From: a virus
IMG/VR virus record: IMGVR_UViG_3300023172_000011
Coordinates: 32,001-96,000 of that record
Direction: 5' to 3' (one strand)
Length of the DNA: 64,000 nucleotides
Part shown: one piece after another, positions 19,836 to 29,235 of the stretch
Numbering within the stretch: position 1 is the first letter of the stretch
How the letters are laid out: each line of letters starts with the position of its first letter
Translations under genes and position numbers: made by a program
The notes under the pieces: model-generated
Databases searched by the model: none
Seen by the model: the letters and a program-made list of their open reading frames with translations, nothing else
Told to the model about the DNA's origin: nothing

Positions 19836-20502
19836 CTACATTGTTTATGACTTTGAAACTACATCAGCTAATCCGTACACAACACAACCCGTACAGATTG
19901 CCGCTGTTGTTGTTCATGGTCGTAAACTTGAAATCAAAGAAGGTTCCGAGTTTCAGTCTTTAATGAAGCCAGAGCTAAACATAAAAAAGTGTGAAACACT
20001 TGGTGTTGACCCGCTTGAAGATGGTGCCGTTGCAGTTCACGGAAAGACCGCAGAAATGCTAAAGAAGGCACCAACTATTAAAGCCGTCTGGAAAAACTTT
20101 ACAGATTACGTCAATCAGTACAACTTCAAAGGAAGTAATTGGTCGGCACCAGTATCTGTAGGATATAATATCAAGGGTTTTGACTCTATCATCGTGAATC
20201 GCCTATGTACGACAGATCCGTGGAATTTTGGACCTGTAGATAACAAGCGTGGCGAGCAGGATTTGTTCAATCGAATTCATAGCATTGACATGCTTGACTT
20301 TATGTTTGCATTGTTTGAAAACAATAAAGATGTGAATTCACTTTCTGCCGATAATCTTGTCCGTGGATATATGGGTTACGATAAAGGGACGGCACATGAT
20401 GCAATGTCCGACGTTATTATGACAGCGGAATTATTCTGTAGAACTATGAGAATGTTAAGAAGCACAGCGTCTCGTAAAACGTTTAAGGGTGCATTTGCAT
20501 GA
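19822..20502 (+). CDS. DnaQ-like (DEDDh) 3'-5' exonuclease
   Basis: ExoI YDFETT, ExoII GYNIKGFD, ExoIII AHDAMSD. ATG 19822 follows GAGGA and overlaps the end of dnaE-N. Confidence 0.9.
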   Translation: MNYRDYIVYDFETTSANPYTTQPVQIAAVVVHGRKLEIKEGSEFQSLMKPELNIKKCETLGVDPLEDGAVAVHGKTAEMLKKAPTIKAVWKNFTDYVNQYNFKGSNWSAPVSVGYNIKGFDSIIVNRLCTTDPWNFGPVDNKRGEQDLFNRIHSIDMLDFMFALFENNKDVNSLSADNLVRGYMGYDKGTAHDAMSDVIMTAELFCRTMRMLRSTASRKTFKGAFA

Positions 20503-20539
20503 TTGAACATAAAGAAAAAAAATAACAAGGTCAATAAAG

Positions 20540-22099
20540 ATGCAGAAGATTGATATCACAAAATTGAATGAAAATGATCGTGCCGTTTGGGATATGATTG
20601 GCGAAGGCCGTGTCAAGGGATGCTTTCAAATTGAGAGTCATCTTGGCAAGACATGGTGCAGGGCACTGAAGCCTGATAATATTCTTGAATTAGCAGCACT
20701 GATTAGTATTATTAGACCCGGAACCTTAAAGGCTTTCGTCGATGGAAAGTCTATGACCCAGCATTATGTAGATAGAAAGCATGGTAAAGATAAAGTTCCA
20801 AGCCTGCATCCAGCTATTGATAAGCTACTTGAAGAAACTTACGGAGTTATTGTATATCAAGAACAGGCGATGGAAATCGCTGTTAAGATGGCTGGATTCA
20901 ACTTGAAAGAGGCAGACGACTTACGCAAGGCTATTGGTAAAAAGAAGGCGGATCTGATGAAGCAGGTTCGCGTCAAGTTTATTGATGGATCTAAACAAAA
21001 TAATATTGAAGAAAGCAAGGCTACTGAGATCTTTGACATGATCGAAAAGTCGGCTAGGTATTCATTCAATAAATCTCATGCAGTAGCATATGCTAAAATG
21101 GCCTATTGGTCAGCTTATATAAAAAATTACTATGTTGACAGGTTTATGAAAAACTGGCTACGAGATGCCGATGATAAGATTGATCCCGATATGGAAAAGC
21201 GTCAACTTATTATGGCAGCAAGAGCGGAAGGTCTTGAAATCAAAGGTCCAAGCATTTCAGTACTTGAGGAAAACTTCACTTTCGGAAAACGCGATGGTAT
21301 GTTTCCAGCTATTCATTTCGGCATTTGCAACGTCAAGAATGTTGGTGCAATTCATCTCCAACAATTAAAGGATAGTATCTCAAATATTTCAAGCATAAAC
21401 TGGTCCAACCTATTGGTTCATGTACTACCTAATGTAAATAAGAGAGCTATAGAAAACTTAATTAGCGTTGGTGCGTTTGCTGGTCTTGGCAAATCAAGAA
21501 CGGAAATGATTCATGAGTTTCACTGCTTTTCTGACTTTACCAAGAAAGAAATGCAGTCAATACAAGAACATCTCAATATTAATAATTTAACAGCGGCAGA
21601 AATTGTAAAAAATCTACTATCCTATGGAGTTAAAAAGGATGGAGGATTTATATCTACACAGAGCCGATACATGAAGATTGAGGATATCTTGATGAGAATT
21701 CAAAATCCCGGCAGGAATCTTGCTGACAACTCCATGACATATGCTAGAATAGAAGAAAAGCTGCTTGGATATGCGATTAATCACTCGGAACTCAACGCCT
21801 GTTCAGATGCATGTCACGCAAATGCCACATGTAAACAATTGACAGATGGCAGAGCAGACAATTGTGTTATTGCTGTAATTATTAAAACTGTTAGAGAGCA
21901 TAAAACTAAGAACGGCGACATCATGGCTTTTGTATCTGCCGAAGATGATTCTGGAGAATTAGAAAATATTGTTATTTTTCCTGATGTATACGAGCAAAAC
22001 AAAGATATAATATACGATAGAGCCACAGTATTATTATCTGGTCAAATAAAAGATAAAACCAGAAATTCATTTATTATTGATAAAGTTTTTAGCATTTGA
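20540..22099 (+). CDS. dnaE: DNA polymerase III alpha, C-terminal half (fingers, HhH, OB)
   Basis: GCFQIES, IRPG, TYGVIVYQEQAM, ADDLRKAIGKK, YSFNKSHAVAY, FGICNVKNVG and KTKNGDIMAF. Confidence 0.93.
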   Translation: MQKIDITKLNENDRAVWDMIGEGRVKGCFQIESHLGKTWCRALKPDNILELAALISIIRPGTLKAFVDGKSMTQHYVDRKHGKDKVPSLHPAIDKLLEETYGVIVYQEQAMEIAVKMAGFNLKEADDLRKAIGKKKADLMKQVRVKFIDGSKQNNIEESKATEIFDMIEKSARYSFNKSHAVAYAKMAYWSAYIKNYYVDRFMKNWLRDADDKIDPDMEKRQLIMAARAEGLEIKGPSISVLEENFTFGKRDGMFPAIHFGICNVKNVGAIHLQQLKDSISNISSINWSNLLVHVLPNVNKRAIENLISVGAFAGLGKSRTEMIHEFHCFSDFTKKEMQSIQEHLNINNLTAAEIVKNLLSYGVKKDGGFISTQSRYMKIEDILMRIQNPGRNLADNSMTYARIEEKLLGYAINHSELNACSDACHANATCKQLTDGRADNCVIAVIIKTVREHKTKNGDIMAFVSAEDDSGELENIVIFPDVYEQNKDIIYDRATVLLSGQIKDKTRNSFIIDKVFSI

Positions 22100-22108
22100 G
22101 GCAGTTAA

Positions 22109-22441
22109 ATGAATAAGTGCATATTCTATGGGCAAATACGTAGCAAGAATTTTGAGACAGATGTCGATTCCAGTATTTGTAAAATAACATTACAGCTTAA
22201 AATAGAAAATAGAAGAAGTACAAAGTCTAAAAACAAAAAAATTGATTATGAACTTTTGAACTTTGAAGCATGGGGTGGTGCAGCACTGACCATCGAATCT
22301 AATGCCGATCCCGGCGATTACATTTTGATAGTAGATTCAACGGCCAGATCAATATCTCATGATAATAGTGGTTCACCAACAAGTGAGCTAATTTGTTTTA
22401 GAATTAACGAGTTTAAGATTATTAAGTACGGAGGACGATGA
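22109..22441 (+). CDS. Single-stranded DNA-binding protein (OB fold) without an acidic tail
   Basis: MNKCIFYGQI...FEAWG..A...PGD.ILI matches the SSB pattern. Confidence 0.65.
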   Translation: MNKCIFYGQIRSKNFETDVDSSICKITLQLKIENRRSTKSKNKKIDYELLNFEAWGGAALTIESNADPGDYILIVDSTARSISHDNSGSPTSELICFRINEFKIIKYGGR

Positions 22442-22914
22442 TGGATTCTCAAGTTGAAAAAATGATTGAAGAGAACAAAAACCTTATCTACAGTATTGCA
22501 AATTCTCTTTATATCCCAAACAAGGCATTTAGCATAGAAGATCTAATCCAAGTTGGATTTTTAGCAATTTGCAAAAGTGCAAATAAATACAATCCAGAAC
22601 GAGGAAGGGTCTCAACATTTATTACGCACTGTGCTAAGAATGATATGATAAAGTTTATTAGAAAAAATAAGATTGGCCGTGAACTAATTTATAATGAATT
22701 AAAGAGCCTTAGTTATGATGAAACAGAAGAAATTCTCAAATCTGATGTATTGGATTATTATAATTTAAAAAATACAATTGAAGAAAAGATTGTGACACTA
22801 AAGAGAAATGGCGAATCCAATAGAGCTATTGGCAAAAAACTAAATCTAAACTCGAATAAAGTGTCTTCAATACTTTCAGAAATCAAAGAAAGGCTAGCAA
22901 CAAATAATGGCTAG
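22438..22914 (+). CDS. Phage-encoded RNA polymerase sigma factor (sigma-70 region 2 plus region-4 HTH)
   Basis: EDLIQVGFLAI.KS..KYNPERG..STF and a C-terminal GESNRAIGKKLNL HTH. Confidence 0.85.
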   Translation: MMDSQVEKMIEENKNLIYSIANSLYIPNKAFSIEDLIQVGFLAICKSANKYNPERGRVSTFITHCAKNDMIKFIRKNKIGRELIYNELKSLSYDETEEILKSDVLDYYNLKNTIEEKIVTLKRNGESNRAIGKKLNLNSNKVSSILSEIKERLATNNG

Positions 22915-24547
22915 AAAAAAAAGAGTACTCTTCATTAGCGAGGCCGCATATCTAAATACGGGATATGCAAAATACAGTAAGGAAGTAATATCGCGTCTAT
23001 ATAGAAGCGGTAAATACGATGTAGCGGAAATGTCTGTATATGGAGCCGCTAATGATCCAAGACGCTCCAGTATTCCTTGGAAAAATTATCCAGTTCTTCC
23101 AGATGAGCATAACGAAGAACAAATGAAATCGTATAATTCTAGTCCGGGCAATCAATTTGGAAGCTGGAGATTTGAAAGAGTTTGTTTAGATTTCGAGCCA
23201 GATATTGTTTTAACAATTCGTGATTATTGGATGGATGCCTTTGTATATCATTCTCCATATAGAAGAATTTTCAAATGGGCATGGATGCCAACTGTAGATG
23301 CATCGCCACAGAATCCAGAATGGATTGATTTATTCTGTGATGCAAATTATGTACTAACCTATTCTGATTGGGCTAAGAATGTCCTAGAAGAACAGGCTGG
23401 AAAGAACATAAATACAGTTGGCTCTGCCCCTCCATCAGCATCCGATGCTTTCATTCCTATGAATCAAAAATCTGTTAGAGATGAATTTGGCGTCCGCGAT
23501 GATATAAATATTATTGGTAGTGTAATGAGGAATCAACGTCGGAAGTTATTTCCCGCGTTGATTTCTGCATTTAGTAAGTATCTAAAAGAAACTGGCGACA
23601 CCAAAACATATTTGTATATGCATACCAGCTATCCAGACGCTGGATGGAATTTAGCAAACTTAATCCACTCTAATGATATCTCTTCTAGAGTTTTAATGAC
23701 ATACGTATGCGGAAACACAGATTGCAAAAATGTTGAAGTCTGTTTTTTTTCAGATGCCAGAAAAGTCTGCCTTAAATGTAATAAATTTAGTTCAATGCCG
23801 TCTAGTGTATCTAATGGCGTTTCAGATGAAATACTGGCAAAGATATATAACATTTTTGATCTTTACCTTCAGCCAGCAAATTCAGAAGGGTTCGGTCTTC
23901 CTCAAGTTGAGGCTGCTGCATGTGGAATACCAATTGCCTGCACTAACTATTCCGCTATGGAAGACATTGTTAATAAACTAGATGCATATCCAATATCTTA
24001 TACAAAGTATAAAGAATTAGAAACTGGATGTGATCGTGCTGTTGTTGATGAGAATAGCATAGTAGAGATCATAAAAACTTTTCTATCAGACAAAACTCAA
24101 AAGAGTAATATTCGTCAGCTATTTGAAGATCATTATAGCTGGGACAAGACTGCCGCAAAGTGGATGGAAGTCATTGACGACTGTGAATATGCTGACTGGA
24201 AACAGCCTGCAAATATCATTAGACCTTCAAAAATAAATATGGAAGAAAAGTCTAATGAAAGATTTGTGCGGGAGTTAACCGAACTATTTTGCTACTACGA
24301 GGGGCACAAAAACTCGTACTTTACGAGGAACTTAATGTCTGATCTAACAAAAGGATCTAGCAAGATTGCGTGGGATGATCATTTCTCTAATGAATTTACT
24401 CCATCAAATCCAAATAAACAAAGACCAGTTGATAGGCAGTCAATTATTAATGTATTTGGTCGGAGACTAGAGAATTATAATATCTGGGAAGATGTGAGAA
24501 TAAATAGATCTAAATTAAAAGACGGGAACGAATTATGGCTAAACTAG
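22907..24547 (+). CDS. GT4-like (GT-B) glycosyltransferase with a Cys4 insertion
   Basis: TGYA, RNQRRK, YNIFDLY, SEGFGLPQVEAAACGIP and YSWDK; insert CGNTDC...CLKC. Confidence 0.88.
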   Translation: MARKKRVLFISEAAYLNTGYAKYSKEVISRLYRSGKYDVAEMSVYGAANDPRRSSIPWKNYPVLPDEHNEEQMKSYNSSPGNQFGSWRFERVCLDFEPDIVLTIRDYWMDAFVYHSPYRRIFKWAWMPTVDASPQNPEWIDLFCDANYVLTYSDWAKNVLEEQAGKNINTVGSAPPSASDAFIPMNQKSVRDEFGVRDDINIIGSVMRNQRRKLFPALISAFSKYLKETGDTKTYLYMHTSYPDAGWNLANLIHSNDISSRVLMTYVCGNTDCKNVEVCFFSDARKVCLKCNKFSSMPSSVSNGVSDEILAKIYNIFDLYLQPANSEGFGLPQVEAAACGIPIACTNYSAMEDIVNKLDAYPISYTKYKELETGCDRAVVDENSIVEIIKTFLSDKTQKSNIRQLFEDHYSWDKTAAKWMEVIDDCEYADWKQPANIIRPSKINMEEKSNERFVRELTELFCYYEGHKNSYFTRNLMSDLTKGSSKIAWDDHFSNEFTPSNPNKQRPVDRQSIINVFGRRLENYNIWEDVRINRSKLKDGNELWLN

Positions 24548-25278
24548 GAACATTTTGTAATGAATGCTGTTTCTATAATCCAGATAAAAAAGAATGCAGT
24601 CATGGCCTTATAGATATGTTTACGCAGCGGGGAGCGACTATAGAATGGAATGATGACGGCCCATCAATAGATAGAGTTTGTAGATATAGAAGAACTCATG
24701 ACTGGAATGAAGACTTATCATTAGAAGAAAAAATAAAACTTTGTGAAGAAGAGGTATTTCTTTCCGGCTCAATAATTCTATTAGTTCAAGAGATTGATAA
24801 CGTCAAAGATATCCTCTCCAAATTAAAAGATGTAACAAATAATCGTTTTAAATTTATTATATCACATGAATGTAAGTTGAGTCCATTATTAGAAATCTCT
24901 AAAGAATTAGATATTCATGCTTCATTTGTTAGAAGCGTTGATGAAGATGTGTCTGACGAAAAACGAGTTTTTGATTGCTTAAAGCATCTGAAAAACGGGT
25001 ATGTCTTTCTTTTTAATTGTGATAAAGAAATTGACTATACTATTTTTGAAAAGGTCCATAAATTTACTACCAAGTTGATGCACCGTGTATTACATATCGA
25101 ACCGATTGATGAAAAGCTACATCAGTCCGTCAGTATGGTACATATTTATAAATGGCTTAATGGAGATATGATGGAATCGTTTTCTAATAAGCTAAAAAAC
25201 ATAGCCAGTGAAGAATCTAGCGACCCCCAAGTATTCAATTGGAAAGAAATCAATGAAGCATGTGCTAATAATCTATAA
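24535..25278 (+). CDS. Hypothetical protein with Cys-rich N-terminus; possible degenerate GT-A fold
   Basis: CNECCF...C..G...C.Y.R N-domain; lies within the GT cluster. Confidence 0.55.
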   Translation: MAKLGTFCNECCFYNPDKKECSHGLIDMFTQRGATIEWNDDGPSIDRVCRYRRTHDWNEDLSLEEKIKLCEEEVFLSGSIILLVQEIDNVKDILSKLKDVTNNRFKFIISHECKLSPLLEISKELDIHASFVRSVDEDVSDEKRVFDCLKHLKNGYVFLFNCDKEIDYTIFEKVHKFTTKLMHRVLHIEPIDEKLHQSVSMVHIYKWLNGDMMESFSNKLKNIASEESSDPQVFNWKEINEACANNL

Positions 25279-25828
25279 GATATTCTCAGATCTTAATCAA
25301 GATTACTTACAAAAAATAATAAATGGGTGTAAGTCAAAGAAGCATAATGTAACAATTAACTTCCATGATTTTACGCTGTCCAAAAAAATTAGATCTCAAA
25401 TTGAACATGTTGAGTTCTCTGACTTAGAAGCGATTAACATCTCTGATGAAAACTATGAAGATATTGAAAAATCAGATCAAATTATTGTTCAAAAACTAAT
25501 AAGTTATAGCCACTTTGATGTAGTCTCAATATTAGTGCATGATATATTACTAGATAATGCAATAGACCAAATTGATTTTTCGGTTTTAGAGAACAGCAAT
25601 GTCGCGTCAATTTATCCAGATAATAATACTCGGACACCATTTAGCACAAGGGTTTATGGCAGGTCGCATCCGTTAATGAATGCAGGAGTTAGGTGTTTAT
25701 TTGTAGACATGTCAAAGTTGTTCTCAGTCTTAGGTAATGAGCATCCTGTAGGAGAAATCTACAATAATTATCCGTCTTGTCATTTTCCAGAAGTACTATT
25801 CACTGCTAACGCATTAAAGAATGAATAG
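25253..25828 (+). CDS. Hypothetical protein, possibly GT-related
   Basis: Likely start MKHVLIIY at ATG 25253, overlapping the previous gene. Confidence 0.55.
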   Translation: MKHVLIIYKIFSDLNQDYLQKIINGCKSKKHNVTINFHDFTLSKKIRSQIEHVEFSDLEAINISDENYEDIEKSDQIIVQKLISYSHFDVVSILVHDILLDNAIDQIDFSVLENSNVASIYPDNNTRTPFSTRVYGRSHPLMNAGVRCLFVDMSKLFSVLGNEHPVGEIYNNYPSCHFPEVLFTANALKNE

Positions 25829-26516
25829 ACAAGAATGCATCCATACTATCAAGCAAACTCATCTTGATAAAGTAACATTTATTATATTATGCGGAGGCAA
25901 GTCTGGAGTTAAGGGTACTCAAAATATACCATTAACATGTATTGACTATAATAATACGGTAGTAGACCATCAAATACAAACAATAAATAAGAATTATGAA
26001 CATGCAGATATCATGTTAATGACCAGCTTTGAGTCAAAAAAAATAATCCAGCATATAGATGAAAAACAATATAGCAATGTACGCATATTTGAAAATAAAA
26101 ATTATATAGAGGAAAGCATAATAGATACTTGGAAACTTGCTGTAAATTGCTGTTCAGAAGGAAGTTTTTTTTTAATACATGGTGACAGAATCTTTAATAG
26201 CGATGCGATAACGCCATATGATGAAAATAGAATCTCTATTAGTGTTTATAACAATATTAAGAAAAACTATAATCTTGGCATAACATATGAAAACAATAAG
26301 CTAATAAATATGTCATATGGCCTACCAACCATCTGGTCAGAAATTCTTTTTGTGCCAAAATTATACTATAGAACTATCAAGTCAAAATTAAACGAGGCAA
26401 AAACCAAAAAAATTTATACGGTTGAAAAATTCTTAAATACTGTAAATCAAGAAATAGACATTTATGTTGATCGCAAAAATAAAATCAGCATTAAGTCATT
26501 AAAGGAAATGATATGA
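25821..26516 (+). CDS. Sugar/choline-phosphate nucleotidyltransferase-like protein (divergent)
   Basis: IILCGG..G.K...P, HQI, ENKNY and IHGD motifs of the NTP_transferase/LicC fold. Confidence 0.6.
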   Translation: MNRQECIHTIKQTHLDKVTFIILCGGKSGVKGTQNIPLTCIDYNNTVVDHQIQTINKNYEHADIMLMTSFESKKIIQHIDEKQYSNVRIFENKNYIEESIIDTWKLAVNCCSEGSFFLIHGDRIFNSDAITPYDENRISISVYNNIKKNYNLGITYENNKLINMSYGLPTIWSEILFVPKLYYRTIKSKLNEAKTKKIYTVEKFLNTVNQEIDIYVDRKNKISIKSLKEMI

Positions 26517-27292
26517 AAATCTTGTACTATATTGATAGTCACGACTCTAGAGTAAAAGCAATTGTAGATACAGTAAAGGCGGCTGGATATACAGTTGGAT
26601 ATATAACAGAATTAGATCAGAAATCAATCTATGAATTTAGTCCAGATATCATCATTCATAATATCCCAAATGCTGCACGATTCCCAATAGACGGAAAATT
26701 TGTATCAATTAACTTTAATGAGTCACAGTCGGAAAATTCTTTTACTTTTACAAATGAATTATCAGATAGATATATTTCCCCATTTGTATCTCTAAGAGAA
26801 ATTGATGTAGATGAAAAAGATCTCAATAAATATAAATCTGATGTTGTATACTTCGGGTCTCCACAGTCTTTTAATGAGTGCCTCAATATTGTATATGATA
26901 AAAAATTAAAGTTTAGATTCTTTCATCAGCACCCGCATAATATTTATGGTTATTGTGGAATGTGCAATGTTGATGAATATTTTAAACATTATAGACATGC
27001 CAAGGCTTCAATCGCAAATGGATTAAATGATACGGCAAGATTGCAAGATATTATTGTAGCTGGTGGGAATCCAATTGTATTTCTTGGTGACAAAGATGAT
27101 TTTACAAACAGATTAGAAAAGGCCGTGTACGAAGGCAAAAAATACACGATTGATGGAATGTCTAAACAGGATGTTCTTGATAAGAATACGGTATTTGATG
27201 CATCTGCCAAAATATTTAAGAAAATTGGATTGAATAAAATTTCCAAAGATATTGCACAAGTAAAACAAAAGATGATTGGAAAATATAGATGA
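26513..27292 (+). CDS. Divergent GT-B/CgeB-like protein
   Basis: MKIL start, PDIII, YKSDVVYFGS, RLQDIIVAGG and VL.KNT motifs. Confidence 0.5.
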   Translation: MKILYYIDSHDSRVKAIVDTVKAAGYTVGYITELDQKSIYEFSPDIIIHNIPNAARFPIDGKFVSINFNESQSENSFTFTNELSDRYISPFVSLREIDVDEKDLNKYKSDVVYFGSPQSFNECLNIVYDKKLKFRFFHQHPHNIYGYCGMCNVDEYFKHYRHAKASIANGLNDTARLQDIIVAGGNPIVFLGDKDDFTNRLEKAVYEGKKYTIDGMSKQDVLDKNTVFDASAKIFKKIGLNKISKDIAQVKQKMIGKYR

Positions 27293-27744
27293 AAACAATG
27301 ATATGCTTGGATCACTTAGCTTATTCTTATCAAAACTACGAACTGTTCCATTCTATTAATGAGGTCGTAGAAAATTCACTAGAGGAAGTATGTATTGTTC
27401 CATTCAATGCTAGTAGACCATTTATGAATATCAATACATCCATCTATAATGTTGGAGAAATGAGTTCGTTTAATAATGGGTTGCTTATCTCCAATAGCAT
27501 CAAGCATGTAGATAAGTTGCTATCGTGTCCATCAAATACAATCAAGGCGTTGTATCTATATGATTTAGAATGGATGTTTGAGCCAACCTTCTTTGAAGAA
27601 CTATATAGTATTTTCACTAATAAAAACCTAAAACTTATTGTAAGATCCAAAGAGTTCATCGAGCCAATACAATGTATTGCTGATAGAACGCCAGATGCAA
27701 TTGTACCCTATTTCAAATTGGAGAAGATATGGAATTCGCTTTAA
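27289..27744 (+). CDS. Hypothetical protein (GT-cluster associated)
   Basis: ATGA overlap; YLYDLEW and LIVRS motifs. Confidence 0.55.
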   Translation: MKTMICLDHLAYSYQNYELFHSINEVVENSLEEVCIVPFNASRPFMNINTSIYNVGEMSSFNNGLLISNSIKHVDKLLSCPSNTIKALYLYDLEWMFEPTFFEELYSIFTNKNLKLIVRSKEFIEPIQCIADRTPDAIVPYFKLEKIWNSL

Positions 27745-28556
27745 AAAACAAAGATAAATTACTACATATGTATGAAAAGGGCTATAGTAGCTATGAAATG
27801 GCTAACGAACTGAATACATATTCCACCAGAGTCCTACGTGCTTTAGCCTTTCTGGGTGAAAAATTTCACGGAGATAGCAAGTATTATAAACGAAGCTATT
27901 CTGAGGCACAAAAACTTGCTTTAAAAAATGGAAGATCGCAACATCCAACTAAAGGAAAAAAGCTAGATATTTCTCATAAGGAAAATATTGGCAAGTCTAG
28001 ATCGCAAGCGTATCACTCCCTTAGTGAGCAGGAAAAAGAACGACTATCTCAAATGAGTAAGGATAACTGGAAGGCTCTAGGAAAGGCTAAGCAGGAAGAA
28101 ATTAGAGCACTTGCTTTAGAGGGTGTAAGACAAGCTAGTAAGACCGGCTCGAAAACTGAAAGACATCTTCGTAATGGCTTGTCTCAGGCTGGTTATTCTA
28201 TTGAATTCCACAAGACGGGACTTGTTCCGGGAAGTAATCTTGAAGTTGACTTGTTTGTTTCAGAATTGAAAACCGCTATCGAGATTGATGGACCCGGACA
28301 TTTTTTGCCAATTTGGGGAGAAGAGAAGCTACAAAAACAGCAGTCAGCGGATACAATAAAGCAGGGCATTATTCTCAGTAACGGATATGTCATTTTGAGA
28401 ATTCGTCAAATTGACAAGAATATTTCATTGACAAGAATGAATTATTTGCTAGAATTAATCCTAAATGAACTTGAGAGGATTCGGGAAAAGTTTCCCGAAA
28501 ACAATAAACGGTTGATAGAAATTGAGGTAAAAGATGGCGAAGCAAGAAGAATCTGA
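27729..28556 (+). CDS. HTH/NUMOD3-like plus DUF559 endonuclease (homing-endonuclease-like)
   Basis: GYSSYEMANEL HTH; KGKK...HKENIGKS; SKTE...EVDLF...AIEIDG.GH. Confidence 0.7.
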   Translation: MEFALKNKDKLLHMYEKGYSSYEMANELNTYSTRVLRALAFLGEKFHGDSKYYKRSYSEAQKLALKNGRSQHPTKGKKLDISHKENIGKSRSQAYHSLSEQEKERLSQMSKDNWKALGKAKQEEIRALALEGVRQASKTGSKTERHLRNGLSQAGYSIEFHKTGLVPGSNLEVDLFVSELKTAIEIDGPGHFLPIWGEEKLQKQQSADTIKQGIILSNGYVILRIRQIDKNISLTRMNYLLELILNELERIREKFPENNKRLIEIEVKDGEARRI

Positions 28557-29235
28557 AGAAGCAGTAGTACCAAGCATTAATGATCCAGAATGGAGCGACT
28601 ACGCGATGTCGTTCTTTACTGCTAAGGAATTAATTGATGGCAATCCATTAGTTGCTGGACTAAGGCGTGTAGCAGAAATGTTGATTGGAGAAATTATCTC
28701 AAGCAAGCCAACTATGGTTGTTCATGCAGAGAACAATAGTCCTATTGGTAGAGCCACTGTTGTTTACGAAGTTCAGTTTCTATGTAGACGATGCAGTGGT
28801 GAAGAGTATATTAAAACGTATGCTGATGCAGCAGAAGTATGGGAAGGCAATACAGATGACCTGTTTGCTGTTCATGCTGCTGCTACAGCTAGTACTAGAG
28901 CGGAAGGTAGAGCACTACGCAAGGCATTGAAACTTCGAGTAGTTGCGGCTGAAGAACTATGCAAGAAAGATGTATCTAAGTTCTTAGGCGAACAGTCGGG
29001 ACAAAACGAAGACAGAATCAACAATGATCAGGTTAATTTCATTGACAATCGTTGTAGAAAGCTAGACATCAATGTGCTTGCCTTTGTTAATTCTGGAGAA
29101 AAGGAGTACAGAAGCATTTATGAGGTAAAGAAAGAAACTGCTGCAAAGATGATTAAAGAACTTAATAAATTATCAAATGACAAAAAACTAATCTCAGACA
29201 GTATTAAAGGTTATGATGAGGATTGGAACACATGA
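28534..29235 (+). CDS. Rad52/Sak-like single-strand annealing protein (tentative)
   Basis: GLRRVA, ATVVYEV and ATASTRAEGRALRKAL helix, plus a small C-terminal Q..FI...C domain. Confidence 0.5.
   Translation: MAKQEESEEAVVPSINDPEWSDYAMSFFTAKELIDGNPLVAGLRRVAEMLIGEIISSKPTMVVHAENNSPIGRATVVYEVQFLCRRCSGEEYIKTYADAAEVWEGNTDDLFAVHAAATASTRAEGRALRKALKLRVVAAEELCKKDVSKFLGEQSGQNEDRINNDQVNFIDNRCRKLDINVLAFVNSGEKEYRSIYEVKKETAAKMIKELNKLSNDKKLISDSIKGYDEDWNT

Noticed and set aside
19780-20600. Split intein or group I intron at the dnaE break
   Set aside because: There is no Cys/Ser-initiated N-intein or HN-C/S/T C-intein, and the intervening DNA is almost entirely an exonuclease ORF, leaving no room for a ribozyme core.
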